Origin: Candidatus Omnitrophota bacterium
GTDB taxonomy: Bacteria; Omnitrophota; Gorgyraeia; Zapsychrales; Zapsychraceae
Assembly: GCA_015232535.1 (NCBI GenBank)
Contig: JADFZM010000003.1
Location: forward strand, 1-58,649
Direction: 5' to 3'
DNA length: 58,649 bases
Shown here: positions 36,201 to 45,654 of the stretch, one piece after another
How positions within the stretch are numbered: the stretch's first letter is position 1
How the letters are laid out: every line of letters begins with the position of its first letter
The notes under the pieces: generated by a model
The model's input: the letters and a program-made list of their open reading frames with translations, nothing else
The model's database searches: none
Told to the model about the DNA's origin: nothing
Made by a program: the position numbers and the translations under genes

Positions 36201-38391
36201 TTTTATCGGCAAAACCGTTTTTGATATAGCGCCGAAGGAGTTGGCTGAAGTTTATCATGCAAAAGACAAGGAGCTTTTTGATAACCCCGGAGAGCAAGTT
36301 TATAACTCGCAAGTTATAAATGAGAACAAAGAGCTTCGGGACGTGATTTTCTATAAGGCCACTTTCTTGGATCAGAACGGTAAAGTCGGCGGTCTTATCG
36401 GCGCAATAATGGATATGACCGAACAGGCCCGCTCACAGGAAAGGGTGGCCCGTATCGCTAGGGAATGGGAAGCAACCTTTGCTTCGATAACTGATATGGT
36501 TTCTATACAGGACAAAGATTCTCGCCTGATCAGGGTTAACAAAGCGTATGCCGAAATGTTCAAATGCAAACCTGATGAGCTCATCGGGAAACGGTGCTAT
36601 AATATTGTCCACAATTTAGAAGCTCCTTGCGAAAATTGCCCGCATGAACAGACGCTTAAATCAAAGAAGGGGGCTATCGAAGAGGTCTATGAGCCGACTC
36701 TTGGTTGTTATCTGGAGGTTTCAACATCGCCTATTTTTGATGACAAAGGAGAGGTGTCCGGCACAGTCCACATAGCAAAGGATATCACCACTCGAAAGAA
36801 AGCCGAGATTGAATTAAGGGAGGCAAAAAAGAAAGCGGAAGAGGCCAGCTTGGCAAAGAGCCGGTTTCTTGCTAATATGTCCCATGAGGTCCGTACCCCG
36901 ATGAACGCTATAATCGGATTCCTTGACCTGTTAAAAGCTACGGAGCTCAACGACTTGCAACTGCGTTATGTCGGCATCATTGTCTCAAGCGGCAAGGCTT
37001 TGTTGGATATTATTAACGATATACTCGATATTTCTAAGATCGAGGCGGGTAAGATAATCCTTGAGAGCGTTGATTTTAATTTAGAACATTTACTGGAAGG
37101 CGTTTTTGAGCTGATGAAAATCCGGCTGGAAGGGAAATCCGTCGAGCTTTCATATTCTATTGATAAAGGCGTGCCGCTTGATTTAAGGGGAGACCCGACC
37201 CGTTTAAGGCAGGTAATATTTAATCTTGTAGGTAATGCCATTAAGTTTACCGAAAAAGGGGCAATAACGCTTAACATTCAAAATCATGGCCAGGAACAAG
37301 AAGGAAGCCAGGAACTATTCTTCTCGGTAAAAGATACCGGGATTGGAATTTCCGAAGATAAATTGGAAGATATTTTCAAGCCTTTTACCCAGGCGGATGA
37401 AACAACGACGAGGAAATACGGAGGGACCGGCCTGGGGTTATCGATCGCGAGCGGATTTATCAGGCTTATGGGCGGCGATATTTGGGCGGAATCAAAGATC
37501 GCAGAGGGGAGCAGGTTTAACTTTACGGTCAAGTATAAGAAGATCATGCCTGTCGTGGAAAAAGATATATATCCTTTACTGAAGCAGGATTTGAAAGGTA
37601 AGGCAGTAATGGTTGTCGACGATAATCTCGTAGCCCGCGAGAAATTATCCGGGGTTTTCCGGGCGATCGGGATGGAAGTTATTGAGGTTTCATCCGGGGC
37701 ACAAGCTCTGGATAGTTTAAAGGGTGAGCTCAGCGGGGCTCTGCCGGAGATTATTTCAATCGACGATATTATGCCCCAGATGAACGGCTTCCAATTAGCG
37801 AGAAAAATAAAGGAAGACCCGCTATTAACTAAAATTAAATTGATCGCTATAACATCCGATGCCCGTATCGGCTCGGCGTCCCATGCCCGGGAATCCGGTT
37901 TTGACGCTTTTCTTCCCGATACCGCCGGAAACGAGGACCTTATCAAATGCGTCAGCACGGTTTTGGGGGATAAAAGGGCGGGCGGGCAGATAGTTACCCG
38001 GCATATGGCGCAGGAGCTTTCCTGTAAAGGGATAAAGGTCCTTTTAGTCGAGGATGTTTTAGCTAACAGGCTTCTGATGGAAGAGTATTTTAAAGAGCTT
38101 GGTTGCCCCTTTGATATAGCCAGTAACGGCCAGGAAGCGGTAAATAAAGTAAAGCAAAACAATTACGATGTTGTTTTGATGGATTTGCTGATGCCGGTTA
38201 TGGACGGCATAACCAGCACGAAATTGATCCGTTCCGATATAAATAAAGATATCCCCATTATCGCTTTGACAGCCGCGGCAATGAAAGAAGATGCTGACCG
38301 GGCGCTCGAGGCGGGCATGAATGACTTTCTCTCTAAGCCTATTGATATAAAAAATCTCAGGGAGAAGCTTTTCCGGTGGGGAAGGGCATAA
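33241..38391 (+). CDS. Giant hybrid sensor histidine kinase (1716 aa): polytopic N-terminal membrane domain, periplasmic sensor modules including a CHASE-like domain, about 3 PAS domains, HisKA, HATPase_c and two receiver domains
   Basis: The CHASE-like region is LWLPRISKPERRQFEES...EEYYPVLYH...IGFDLASE. PAS-like segments include FLKALFNSVPIPVFFKDINGRYMGINKGFETFYG and WEATFASITDMVSIQDKDSRLIRVNKAYAEMF. The H-box is FLANMSHEVRTPMNAIIGF (His codon 36883..36885). The ATP-binding boxes are VGNAIKFT, DTGIGI and GGTGLGLSI. The receivers carry VMVVDDN... and KVLLVEDVLANR...VVLMDLLMPVMDG...SKP. Confidence 0.92.
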   Translation: MASYFQARLDYIFFIYGLAFILLAVICFFLSYRRENKIPWNMLGFFGLVHGINEWLDMLAIIAGDGAGFKLARTGIMAVSFIFLFEFGRQGMIILRGKGLKRYWTIIPVLLFLSGGLLSINYLNPFGRYFLGLPGALLASFVLFLLAGKDKKNYGYFFASATGLALYAIASGFIVPKSGFAPASFINHDSFLAFANFPVQLLRCLLACIVTYSLWLYYEEAIQIRQEDKRTERVLRKAGLVFLIAIIVSGWLLTDWMGRKKTEANKEDLLAFARRSQMLLDVKDIMALTGTKADIQIQAYRHLKDTLQVLRSSLPRVRFIYLMRIYEGKVIFLVDSETPGSKDESLPGDVYDDGSPVLTQVFVDGLERVEGPVKDSWGTWFSSFNPVINIEDNSINAILGVDMDAGLFLSEIQQERKKGIFLSFLLALAVIWSFVYRRIFIEAVRLVGTKKGLPVLVRFGSGFVGVFVLLAITLFVFFESRSMSIRSFKDIFEDKAEQRALLLNNKLSDIIDDLEDVNSLYKSSNEVDRDEFYTYTGETFPSDNGIRSILWLPRISKPERRQFEESLIKEGFSGFRVMEKDEKGIIVNAKEREEYYPVLYHSVFNQHSGLIGFDLASEGFIAQFLSEAGDMGHPFSFHLADSSLKEEDHSDIMVLVPVYKNGRPIDTLIERRENLQGFIAVIFNLGEMIEKTLANKPREGINLLIEEVMLRKSKEREPLYFHPSRLDHASQQKLFKGVASDLLINFGDLKINLHSFPGKAFTKKNLSYSYWAVLPIGLVLTLLLFMLLNQTVTGRLKAEGMVIIRTEELMREKKLLEQKEEALTEAQIIGKMGSWEIDLAKGKRTWSKQMFSLLEVPETIEPSVDVIKMRAHPDDWDVLSGRLQALTKEFKPYRLEHRIITPSGKVKWLSVIGDIIYDSSKNPVKARGTLQDITEKKNAEISFREQADFLKALFNSVPIPVFFKDINGRYMGINKGFETFYGKPAEYFIGKTVFDIAPKELAEVYHAKDKELFDNPGEQVYNSQVINENKELRDVIFYKATFLDQNGKVGGLIGAIMDMTEQARSQERVARIAREWEATFASITDMVSIQDKDSRLIRVNKAYAEMFKCKPDELIGKRCYNIVHNLEAPCENCPHEQTLKSKKGAIEEVYEPTLGCYLEVSTSPIFDDKGEVSGTVHIAKDITTRKKAEIELREAKKKAEEASLAKSRFLANMSHEVRTPMNAIIGFLDLLKATELNDLQLRYVGIIVSSGKALLDIINDILDISKIEAGKIILESVDFNLEHLLEGVFELMKIRLEGKSVELSYSIDKGVPLDLRGDPTRLRQVIFNLVGNAIKFTEKGAITLNIQNHGQEQEGSQELFFSVKDTGIGISEDKLEDIFKPFTQADETTTRKYGGTGLGLSIASGFIRLMGGDIWAESKIAEGSRFNFTVKYKKIMPVVEKDIYPLLKQDLKGKAVMVVDDNLVAREKLSGVFRAIGMEVIEVSSGAQALDSLKGELSGALPEIISIDDIMPQMNGFQLARKIKEDPLLTKIKLIAITSDARIGSASHARESGFDAFLPDTAGNEDLIKCVSTVLGDKRAGGQIVTRHMAQELSCKGIKVLLVEDVLANRLLMEEYFKELGCPFDIASNGQEAVNKVKQNNYDVVLMDLLMPVMDGITSTKLIRSDINKDIPIIALTAAAMKEDADRALEAGMNDFLSKPIDIKNLREKLFRWGRA

Positions 38392-38543
38392 AGAAACCAA
38401 GAAAAATTGTTTAGGCTAAACGAAAGAAGGCTGGCGGGCAAATAGATTGTTAGGTTAAATTGCCTGAAGCGACATCAAGTTAAACTCCTCAATTAAAAAG
38501 CACCCCGGATAAATTCCGGGCAAAGCGAAAGGTATATTAAATC

Positions 38544-39809
38544 ATGACTCAACATATTTCAAGCGGCGGTCAGCACCCTCATAAGGGCGGCGGCGAAAAC
38601 CGGGACTTTTTCGGATTGGGGATAGCGCCCAATATCCTAGATGTCTTAGAGAGAATGAAATTCTCTATTCCGACACCAATTCAGTTCAAGGCTATACCCT
38701 CAGCGCTTGAAGGAAAAGATATAATCGGCGTTGCCCAAACAGGGACGGGAAAAACGCATTCTTTTGCTATTCCGATGGTCCAAAATTTGGCACAAAAGAA
38801 AGGGACAGGCCTGGTTATTGCTCCTACGAGAGAACTGGCTCTGCAGATAGACGAGGCTTTTGATGAAATAGCCCGTCCTTTCGGGATGCGGCGGGCTTGC
38901 CTGATAGGCGGTGCATCGATGCGGGATCAAGTGCATGCCTTAGAGCGAAATCCAAGGATTGTTATCGCGACCCCGGGTAGGCTTATCGATCATATCGGGC
39001 AGTGGAATTTCCTGCCCCAAGAAGTTGTTATGCTGGTTTTGGATGAGGCTGATCGGATGCTGGATATGGGTTTCGCGCCACAGGTCGATAAGATTTTGAA
39101 ATTCCTGCCCAAAGAGAGGCAGACAATGCTTTTTTCGGCTACTATTCCCCGCGCCATCATGGAGATAGCTGCTAAGCATATGAAATTACCCGTCAGCATT
39201 GAGGTAGCGCCCTCCGGTACCACCGCCGAGAAAATTACTCAGGAAGTATTTATAATTAAGAAAGAAGATAAATTAAAGCTCTTGCGTAAAATCCTTGATC
39301 AGTATAAAGGTTCGATACTTCTTTTTTCCCGGACCAAGCATAATGCCCACCGGATAACGCGCTCGATAAGGGAAATGGGTTTCCGCTCGGCGGAGATACA
39401 CTCCGACAGGTCACTTCCGCAGCGCCGGGAAGCACTGGAAGGTTTTAAGTCCGGCAAATACCGGGTTTTGGTTGCGACCGATATTGCCTCAAGAGGCATT
39501 GATGTTTTCGGCATCGAGCTGGTTATAAATTACGACCTCCCCGAGGACGCGGAGAATTATGTCCACCGTATCGGACGGACCGGCCGGGCCGGGCATAAAG
39601 GCCACGCGATATCGTTTGCCACCCCCGACCAGAAAAATGAAGTACGGGATATTGAGAAGCTTATACGCACTACTTTACCCGTCGGGAAGCATCAGGGGCT
39701 TTCGGAGGAAGGGTTTACCCGCTTTATTCAAAAGCGCCCTCAAAGGAGTTTCGTCCAGGGTTTCCGCCACAAAAAGCAGGATTTTCGCCGTCGGCATAAT
39801 AAAAGTTGA
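38544..39809 (+). CDS. DEAD-box ATP-dependent RNA helicase (RhlE/CshA-like)
   Basis: The Q motif region is PTPIQ, followed by AQTGTGKT, PTRELA, VLDEADRMLDMGF, SAT, ARGID and HRIGRTGRAG. The C-terminal tail is basic. Confidence 0.93.
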   Translation: MTQHISSGGQHPHKGGGENRDFFGLGIAPNILDVLERMKFSIPTPIQFKAIPSALEGKDIIGVAQTGTGKTHSFAIPMVQNLAQKKGTGLVIAPTRELALQIDEAFDEIARPFGMRRACLIGGASMRDQVHALERNPRIVIATPGRLIDHIGQWNFLPQEVVMLVLDEADRMLDMGFAPQVDKILKFLPKERQTMLFSATIPRAIMEIAAKHMKLPVSIEVAPSGTTAEKITQEVFIIKKEDKLKLLRKILDQYKGSILLFSRTKHNAHRITRSIREMGFRSAEIHSDRSLPQRREALEGFKSGKYRVLVATDIASRGIDVFGIELVINYDLPEDAENYVHRIGRTGRAGHKGHAISFATPDQKNEVRDIEKLIRTTLPVGKHQGLSEEGFTRFIQKRPQRSFVQGFRHKKQDFRRRHNKS

Positions 39810-39881
39810 CAAACTAGTATCAAGAGCTTAATATCTTTTTTTTACTTGAAGGCTTGATTTTTATTATCCGTCTTTAAAGCC

Positions 39882-41057
39882 ATGACCTATAACCCCTTTG
39901 TTTACGGGGCACCCAGGCTTTACCAAGGGGAAAAGGCCATGGACATATTTTTTCAATTCGAAAAAAAACCAGTTAGATTTAGCGATCCGTTATTTATTAT
40001 CGAATGTTACGATGAAAGGTCTTTTTCGGAGAGTTTCCGAAGGATCGAATCGGCATTGAAGGACGGATTTTATATTGCTGGTTTCTTTTCTTATGAAGCC
40101 GGGTATTCTTTTGAGAAGCGTTTGAATGTTAAGGGCAAGTCGGAATTCCCGTTGATCTACCTCGGTGTTTATAAAGATTATTCAAAATTCAAGCCTGCCT
40201 TATCCGGGAATAAACAAAAGAATTGTGTTGAAAATTTAAAGCTCAGTATTTCATTTGAGGACTATTCAAAAAATATCCGGGCCATCCGCGATTATATAGC
40301 CCAGGGAGAAGTTTACCAGATAACCTATTGTTTAAAAATGTATTTTGATTTTAGCGGGGACCCGTTTTCCTTATATTCGGAGCTTTTAAAGGAACAGCCT
40401 GTGCCTTACCCTGCCTATATAGATACGGGCAAATACCGGATCTTGTCCTGTTCACCGGAGATGTTTTTAAAGAAAGAAAAAGAGCGTATTTGCGCCAAAC
40501 CGATGAAAGGGACATGGTTTAGGGGGAATAATTGGGTATCCGATAAGCTCGAGAAAATAAGGTTCCGGCAGGATGAGAAAAACCGCGCGGAGAATGTGAT
40601 GATCGCCGATCTTCTTAGGAACGACCTAGGGCGCACGGCGAGCGGCATCCGCGCGCCAAAGCTTTTTGAGGTTGACGGGTACAAAACTCTTTATCAAATG
40701 ACATCGACGGTCACGGGAAATGTAGAAAAGGATATCGATTTATATAAACTATTTGCTTCGATATTTCCTTCTGGGTCAGTGACGGGCGCGCCCAAAATCC
40801 GGGCAATGGAAATTATAAAAGAGCTCGAGCGAGAAGAACGGCGGATATATACCGGCGCTATCGGCTATATTACTCCCGACAAAAACTTATTTTTCAATGT
40901 TCCGATAAGGACCATTCTCATAAATGAAAGAAAAGCTGAGATGGGAATAGGCGGCGGGATAGTATGGGATTCGACACCTGAGGGAGAATGGAAAGAAGGA
41001 TTGCTTAAAGCGCGGTTTTTGACCAAGTTTTCCTCTTCGAACGCCTCTTTTTCTTAG
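39882..41057 (+). CDS. pabB: Chorismate-binding enzyme, aminodeoxychorismate synthase component I-like (PabB/TrpE family)
   Basis: The motifs are VYQITYC, SCSPEMFLK, KPMKGT, ENVMIADLLRNDLGR, SGSVTGAPKIRAMEIIKELE..RRIYTGAIGYI and GIGGGIVWDS. An alternative ATG lies at 39939. Confidence 0.8.
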   Translation: MTYNPFVYGAPRLYQGEKAMDIFFQFEKKPVRFSDPLFIIECYDERSFSESFRRIESALKDGFYIAGFFSYEAGYSFEKRLNVKGKSEFPLIYLGVYKDYSKFKPALSGNKQKNCVENLKLSISFEDYSKNIRAIRDYIAQGEVYQITYCLKMYFDFSGDPFSLYSELLKEQPVPYPAYIDTGKYRILSCSPEMFLKKEKERICAKPMKGTWFRGNNWVSDKLEKIRFRQDEKNRAENVMIADLLRNDLGRTASGIRAPKLFEVDGYKTLYQMTSTVTGNVEKDIDLYKLFASIFPSGSVTGAPKIRAMEIIKELEREERRIYTGAIGYITPDKNLFFNVPIRTILINERKAEMGIGGGIVWDSTPEGEWKEGLLKARFLTKFSSSNASFS

Positions 41058-41129
41058 TTTATACCTACCGGAGGATACATGCCAAAGAATGAAAGTATTT
41101 TATAGCGTAGAAGTAATTTAATATTTTAT

Positions 41130-41158
41130 TTGTCAACGCGCTAAATATGATTTATCAT
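41130..41158 (+). promoter_or_regulatory. Candidate sigma70-type promoter of the abrB-tolC-macAB-MFS operon
   Basis: TTGTCA (41130..41135) is separated by 17 nt from TATCAT (41153..41158). Confidence 0.45.
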
Positions 41159-41223
41159 ACATTTCATGTAATTCATATTGCTCTTTCGCAGGAAAGAGCC
41201 ATATGGCGCAAGGAGGTGTCTAT

Positions 41224-41463
41224 ATGCAGGCGATATTTAGAGGCAAGGCTTACGGGGCCGTTACCGTCGGGGAAAGAGGGCAACTGGTAATACCGGCTCA
41301 GCTAAGGAAAGAGTTCAACATCAATCCCGGAGACCAGCTTATGGTTTTTGCCAAGCCCGACAAGAAGGTCATAAGCCTTATGCATGCAAAGGATTTCGCG
41401 AAATTCTTGGAACAGGCAGCGAGGATGATTTCCAAGCTGGAAAGAAAGATTGATAAAAAGTAG
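41224..41463 (+). CDS. AbrB/MazE/SpoVT family DNA-binding protein
   Basis: VTVGERGQLVIPAQLRKEFNINPGDQLMVF is the SpoVT-AbrB swapped-hairpin motif. I prefer ATG 41224, which has an AAGGAGGT RBS 6 nt upstream, over the track start 41203. Confidence 0.8.
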   Translation: MQAIFRGKAYGAVTVGERGQLVIPAQLRKEFNINPGDQLMVFAKPDKKVISLMHAKDFAKFLEQAARMISKLERKIDKK

Positions 41464-41473
41464 GAAAAGAGCG

Positions 41474-42736
41474 ATGCAAATCATATTTATTAGTCTTTTT
41501 TTATTATTTTCATCCCCGGGAATTTCCATAGCTGAAGAGATTTTATCCTGGGAAGATTGCATTAAGGAAGCGGCAAAGAACCATCCCGACCTTATATCCG
41601 CAAAAGAAGTCCTTAAGCAATCACAGGCTAACAAAGAAATAACAAAAAGCTCAGCCCTGCCGCAGGTAGGCGCCAGCGTAAGCGCGTCAAGCTCAAAAAA
41701 GTCTACAGCTGAGGGAACAGATGAAACCTACAGCTATGGGGTTACGGCAACGCAGCTTCTTTTTGACGGATTCAAGGCCCAAGACGATATAAAGGCGGCT
41801 TCCGAGGATTTGCAGGCGGCGCGCTACGGCTTTCAATACGCCTCTTCGCAGGTAAGGAAGGAATTAAGAGCGGCTTTCATTAATTTGCTCAAGGCGCAGG
41901 AATTGTCAGTGATAACCGAAGAGATCTATAAAATAAGAAAAAGCAATCTGGATTTAATAACTTTGCGCTACGAGTCCGGCGTCGAGCATAAAGGCGCGCT
42001 GCTTAAGGCCAGGGCAAACTTAGCCCAGGCGCAATTGGAAATTGACGAGAATAAAAGAAATATTAATTCTGCCCAAAGGGAGTTGTCTTCTCACTTGGGC
42101 CGAACTGAAAGCTCCCGGTTGAAGGTGAACGGAAGCCTTGGGGTAAAATTTGCGAAAGAAGAATCTCCGGATTTCGATAAATTAGCGCAAGCCCATCCCA
42201 ATCTGGCAAAATATGTTTCGCAAAGAAATTCCGCGGTGTTTTCCCTTAAATCCGCTAAGGCCGGTTTTATTCCTGAGCTTAATGCCCATGGAGGCGCGAG
42301 CCGAAGTTCTTCGGAGTGGCCCCCCGAGGGCGAAGCCTGGAACGCAGGGCTAACATTATCGGTCCCTATTTTCGAAGGCGGATTAAAGACCGCGCAATTA
42401 CGGAAGGCAGAGGCAGTTTACAACCAAGCGGTTGCGGATGAAAAAAGCGTCAGAAATTCAGTGGCTGTTTCTATTGAAAAAGCGTGGGGGGAATTAATCT
42501 CGGCCGTTGATTCGGTCGATATCGAAAGGCAATTTCTGGATGCTGCCGAGGAGCGGGCAAAGATATCCGAGGAGCAGTATTCGCTTGGCTTGATTCAGTT
42601 CGACAATTGGACGATAATCGAAGACGACCTGGTCAGGGCAAAAAAGGCCTTCTTGGATGCTCAGATAAATGCTTTGGTTTCCGAGGCGAATTGGATTCAG
42701 GCGAAAGGAGAAACCCTGGAATATGCGCAAAATTAA
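41474..42736 (+). CDS. TolC family outer-membrane efflux protein
   Basis: The signal peptide is MQIIFISLFLLFSSPGISIA. The two-repeat OEP pattern is present (LSWEDCIKEAAKNHPDL...; PNLAKYVSQRNSA...). ATG 41474 is preferred over 41450. Confidence 0.85.
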   Translation: MQIIFISLFLLFSSPGISIAEEILSWEDCIKEAAKNHPDLISAKEVLKQSQANKEITKSSALPQVGASVSASSSKKSTAEGTDETYSYGVTATQLLFDGFKAQDDIKAASEDLQAARYGFQYASSQVRKELRAAFINLLKAQELSVITEEIYKIRKSNLDLITLRYESGVEHKGALLKARANLAQAQLEIDENKRNINSAQRELSSHLGRTESSRLKVNGSLGVKFAKEESPDFDKLAQAHPNLAKYVSQRNSAVFSLKSAKAGFIPELNAHGGASRSSSEWPPEGEAWNAGLTLSVPIFEGGLKTAQLRKAEAVYNQAVADEKSVRNSVAVSIEKAWGELISAVDSVDIERQFLDAAEERAKISEEQYSLGLIQFDNWTIIEDDLVRAKKAFLDAQINALVSEANWIQAKGETLEYAQN

Positions 42737-43682
42737 TAAAAAGGCTATTATTGTTACCTTGCTTGTTTTTTGTTCCGTATTTATTTTGGTTATGAAAAAA
42801 CAAAATAAAAGCGGTTCAAAAGAGATCAAGATGGAAATTACTCCCGCGATCGGCACAATCGAGAATTATATTTCAACGACGGGAACGGTCCTTCCTAAAA
42901 ACAGGCTGGAGATAAAGCCGCCGGTAAGCGGCCGCATAGAAAGTATACTTGTAAAAGAAGGTGATATTGTAAAAAGCTCTCAGGTCTTAGGATGGATGAG
43001 CTCGACCGACCGGGCGGCTTTGCTGGACGCGGCGAGGGGCAAAGGAGAGGAAACCCTTCAATATTGGCAAGAAACTTATAAGCCCATACCGCTTATCGCC
43101 CCTATCGACGGAGAAGTTATCGTCGCCACCATTCAGCCCGGGCAGGCGGTTTTAACGGTTGAGGCGGTTGTTGTATTGTCCGATAGGTTGATTGTCCGGG
43201 CCCAGGTCGATGAAACTGACATTGGCAAAATAAAGAAAGAAGGTAAAGCTTTCGTAACCCTTGATGCTTATCCGCAGGAAAGAATAAATGCAGTTGTATC
43301 GCATATATATTACGAATCGAAAACGGTCAGCAATGTGACTGTTTATGAGGTTGATCTTTTATCCGAGGAACTTCCCGCATTTTTCCGCTCCGGGATGAAT
43401 GCGAATATTGATTTTATCGAGGAAAGCAGGTCTGACGTTCTAACAGTCCCTCTTAATGCCGTTCAAAAAGAAAAAGAAGGGAATTTTGTAATGGTAAAAG
43501 ATAAAAGCCTCAAAGGTATTGCGAAAAAGCAGGTAGTCCTAGGAATATCCGACGAGAAGAACGTTGAAATTGTTTCGGGAATCGATCTTTCCGATAAAAT
43601 CATCGTCAAGACCAAGAAATACGAGCTGCCGGAGAACAAAGAAGGCGGCAATCCGTTTATGCCGAACCGCAGAAAACAATGA
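42723..43682 (+). CDS. macA: Periplasmic adaptor (HlyD/MacA-like membrane fusion protein)
   Basis: [16 protein letters not shown] is the N-terminal anchor. The lipoyl/barrel motifs are [45 protein letters not shown] and VPLNAV. The start overlaps the tolC stop. Confidence 0.8.
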   Translation: MRKINKKAIIVTLLVFCSVFILVMKKQNKSGSKEIKMEITPAIGTIENYISTTGTVLPKNRLEIKPPVSGRIESILVKEGDIVKSSQVLGWMSSTDRAALLDAARGKGEETLQYWQETYKPIPLIAPIDGEVIVATIQPGQAVLTVEAVVVLSDRLIVRAQVDETDIGKIKKEGKAFVTLDAYPQERINAVVSHIYYESKTVSNVTVYEVDLLSEELPAFFRSGMNANIDFIEESRSDVLTVPLNAVQKEKEGNFVMVKDKSLKGIAKKQVVLGISDEKNVEIVSGIDLSDKIIVKTKKYELPENKEGGNPFMPNRRKQ

Positions 43683-45646
43683 TCGAGCTTAAAAATATTT
43701 ATAAAACTTACCAGATGGGCAAGGTTCAGGTAAAGGCCTTAGACGGTGTTTCTTTGAGCGTGGGAACAGGAGAATTCCTGGCAATAATGGGCCCGTCGGG
43801 ATCGGGCAAGTCGACCTTAATGCATGTGCTTGGCCTTTTAGATAAGCCGGACAAAGGGGAATATTTACTCGGCGGAAATACGGTTAATGATATCCCGGAA
43901 GAGAAAATATCCGCTATAAGGAACCTTCTAGCGGGTTTTATTTTTCAGCAATTTCACCTGCTTCCCCGGATGAGCGCACTTGAAAACGTAAAACTCCCTT
44001 TGATCTATGCCGGAAGAGGCGCATCTGATGCAGAGGCGGAAAGGCGTATCAAGGATGTGGGGTTGGAGGACAGGGGCAACCACCGTCCGAATGAGCTTTC
44101 CGGCGGGCAACAGCAAAGGGTGGCGATAGCCAGGGCTTTGGTGAACGATCCTCTTTTGATCCTTGCCGATGAACCTACCGGGAATCTGGATTCAAAAAGC
44201 AAAGAAGAGATAATGAGTATCCTTCGTGAGCTTAATGATCGGGGAAAAACCGTTATTGTAGTCACGCATGAGGACGAAGTTGCCGCGTATGCTAAAAGGG
44301 TTATAAGAATGCGGGACGGCAGGGTAATTTCCGATGAAAAGAAACGCTACGGGGGGCGTTTCTCGAGCCAGGATCAGGTGGATAAAATATTCCGCTCTGT
44401 TATGTCGTCGACAGAGCGTGTTTCCCTTCGGGGTAAAGTTTTAGATTGCCTAAGGCAGGCAGTCGTCTCTATGCTGTCGCATAAGATGCGCTCGGTTTTA
44501 TCGATTTTAGGGATACTTATAGGAGTCGCAGCGGTTATTGCGATGCTTGCATTGGGGCAGGGCGCAAAAGAATCGATAGAAAAACAGCTCGCTTCTTTAG
44601 GGTCAAATCTACTTGTTATACGTCCCGGTTCCTCCCGGATACACGGGGTGTCGATGGAGGCGGGAACGGTTACCCGCTTCACTTTCCGCGACGTTAGGGA
44701 TATTCACTCGCTCTTTGGTTTAGTTAAAAAAGTTTGCCCGTCGGTAAACGGAAAGGGGCAGATTGTTTACGGCAACAAGAATTGGAGCACTCAAGTTGAA
44801 GGGGTAGGAGTGGATTACGCCGAAATGCGCGCGGCAATACCTGTTTTGGGAAGGTTTTTCTCCGAGGAGGAAATGAGGATGAGGGAAAAAGTCGCGGTTT
44901 TGGGTCAAACCGTTGTCCGCGAACTTTTCGGGGACCAAAATCCGGTCGGAGAAACAATAAAGGTAAACGGCGTTAATTTTAAGGTTATCGGGATACTTCC
45001 TTCCAAAGGCGGAGATTCCTGGCGTGACCGCGATGATAATATTGTCATTCCGATTACGACCGCCATGTTTAGAGTTTTCGGGAAGGAATATATTGATTCT
45101 ATATCAGTCGAGATAGTCAGCCCTCAACTTATTGATTCGGCTCAGGAAGAGATCAAGGCCCTTATCATTACCAAGCATCGCCTTGATAAGAAAGATGAGG
45201 ACAGTTTTCAGATCCGTAACATGTCGGAGATAAAAAGCACGCTTGAATCGACGACAAAAACAATGTCGCTTCTTTTAGGGGCGATCGCGGCGATATCGCT
45301 TTTGGTCGGGGGGATAGGAATTATGAATATTATGCTCGTTTCGGTCACCGAACGCACCCGCGAAATAGGGTTAAGGAAAGCGATCGGGGCCAATAATAAG
45401 GATATTCTTGTGCAATTTATTATCGAGGCTGTTTTGATGTCTTTTATCGGAGGAATATCCGGGATAATTCTGGGGACCGGTGCGGCAGTTCTTATAACGC
45501 TTTTTGCCGGATGGTCAGTCAAGATCACGGTTTCTTCTATTGTAATGGCGGTTGGTTTTTCTGTTGCTATCGGGGTTTTCTTCGGTATCTGGCCGGCGAA
45601 GCAAGCTTCCAAACTTGATCCTATTGAAGCGCTGAGGTATGAGTAG
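43679..45646 (+). CDS. macB: MacB-type ABC transporter (fused ATPase + FtsX-like permease)
   Basis: The motifs are [35 protein letters not shown] and VTHE. A periplasmic core domain is followed by C-terminal FtsX helices with [14 protein letters not shown]. Confidence 0.92.
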   Translation: MIELKNIYKTYQMGKVQVKALDGVSLSVGTGEFLAIMGPSGSGKSTLMHVLGLLDKPDKGEYLLGGNTVNDIPEEKISAIRNLLAGFIFQQFHLLPRMSALENVKLPLIYAGRGASDAEAERRIKDVGLEDRGNHRPNELSGGQQQRVAIARALVNDPLLILADEPTGNLDSKSKEEIMSILRELNDRGKTVIVVTHEDEVAAYAKRVIRMRDGRVISDEKKRYGGRFSSQDQVDKIFRSVMSSTERVSLRGKVLDCLRQAVVSMLSHKMRSVLSILGILIGVAAVIAMLALGQGAKESIEKQLASLGSNLLVIRPGSSRIHGVSMEAGTVTRFTFRDVRDIHSLFGLVKKVCPSVNGKGQIVYGNKNWSTQVEGVGVDYAEMRAAIPVLGRFFSEEEMRMREKVAVLGQTVVRELFGDQNPVGETIKVNGVNFKVIGILPSKGGDSWRDRDDNIVIPITTAMFRVFGKEYIDSISVEIVSPQLIDSAQEEIKALIITKHRLDKKDEDSFQIRNMSEIKSTLESTTKTMSLLLGAIAAISLLVGGIGIMNIMLVSVTERTREIGLRKAIGANNKDILVQFIIEAVLMSFIGGISGIILGTGAAVLITLFAGWSVKITVSSIVMAVGFSVAIGVFFGIWPAKQASKLDPIEALRYE

Positions 45647-45654
45647 AGCATCCT

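Noticed and set aside
37284-38162. A 292-aa minus-strand ORF, and similar long antisense ORFs at 28039..28530, 45208..45672, 46537..47007, 52073..52528, 23100..23516, 424..837 and 58186..58479.
   Set aside because: Each lies entirely inside a + strand gene with strong family motifs (hybrid kinase, HK, MacB, MFS, RND, hydrolase, giant ORFs). Their translations are low-complexity (Ser/Pro/Ile/Phe-rich), have no recognisable motifs and no RBS. These are typical antisense shadow ORFs.
41474-45646. TolC-MacA-MacB as a type I secretion system for the giant proteins.
   Set aside because: MacB-type transporters (FtsX fold) are not HlyB-type T1SS ABC exporters. ORF2 and ORF3 have N-terminal Sec-type signals, which T1SS substrates lack, and show no RTX/GGxGxD repeats. 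The operon is also tens of kb from the giant genes.
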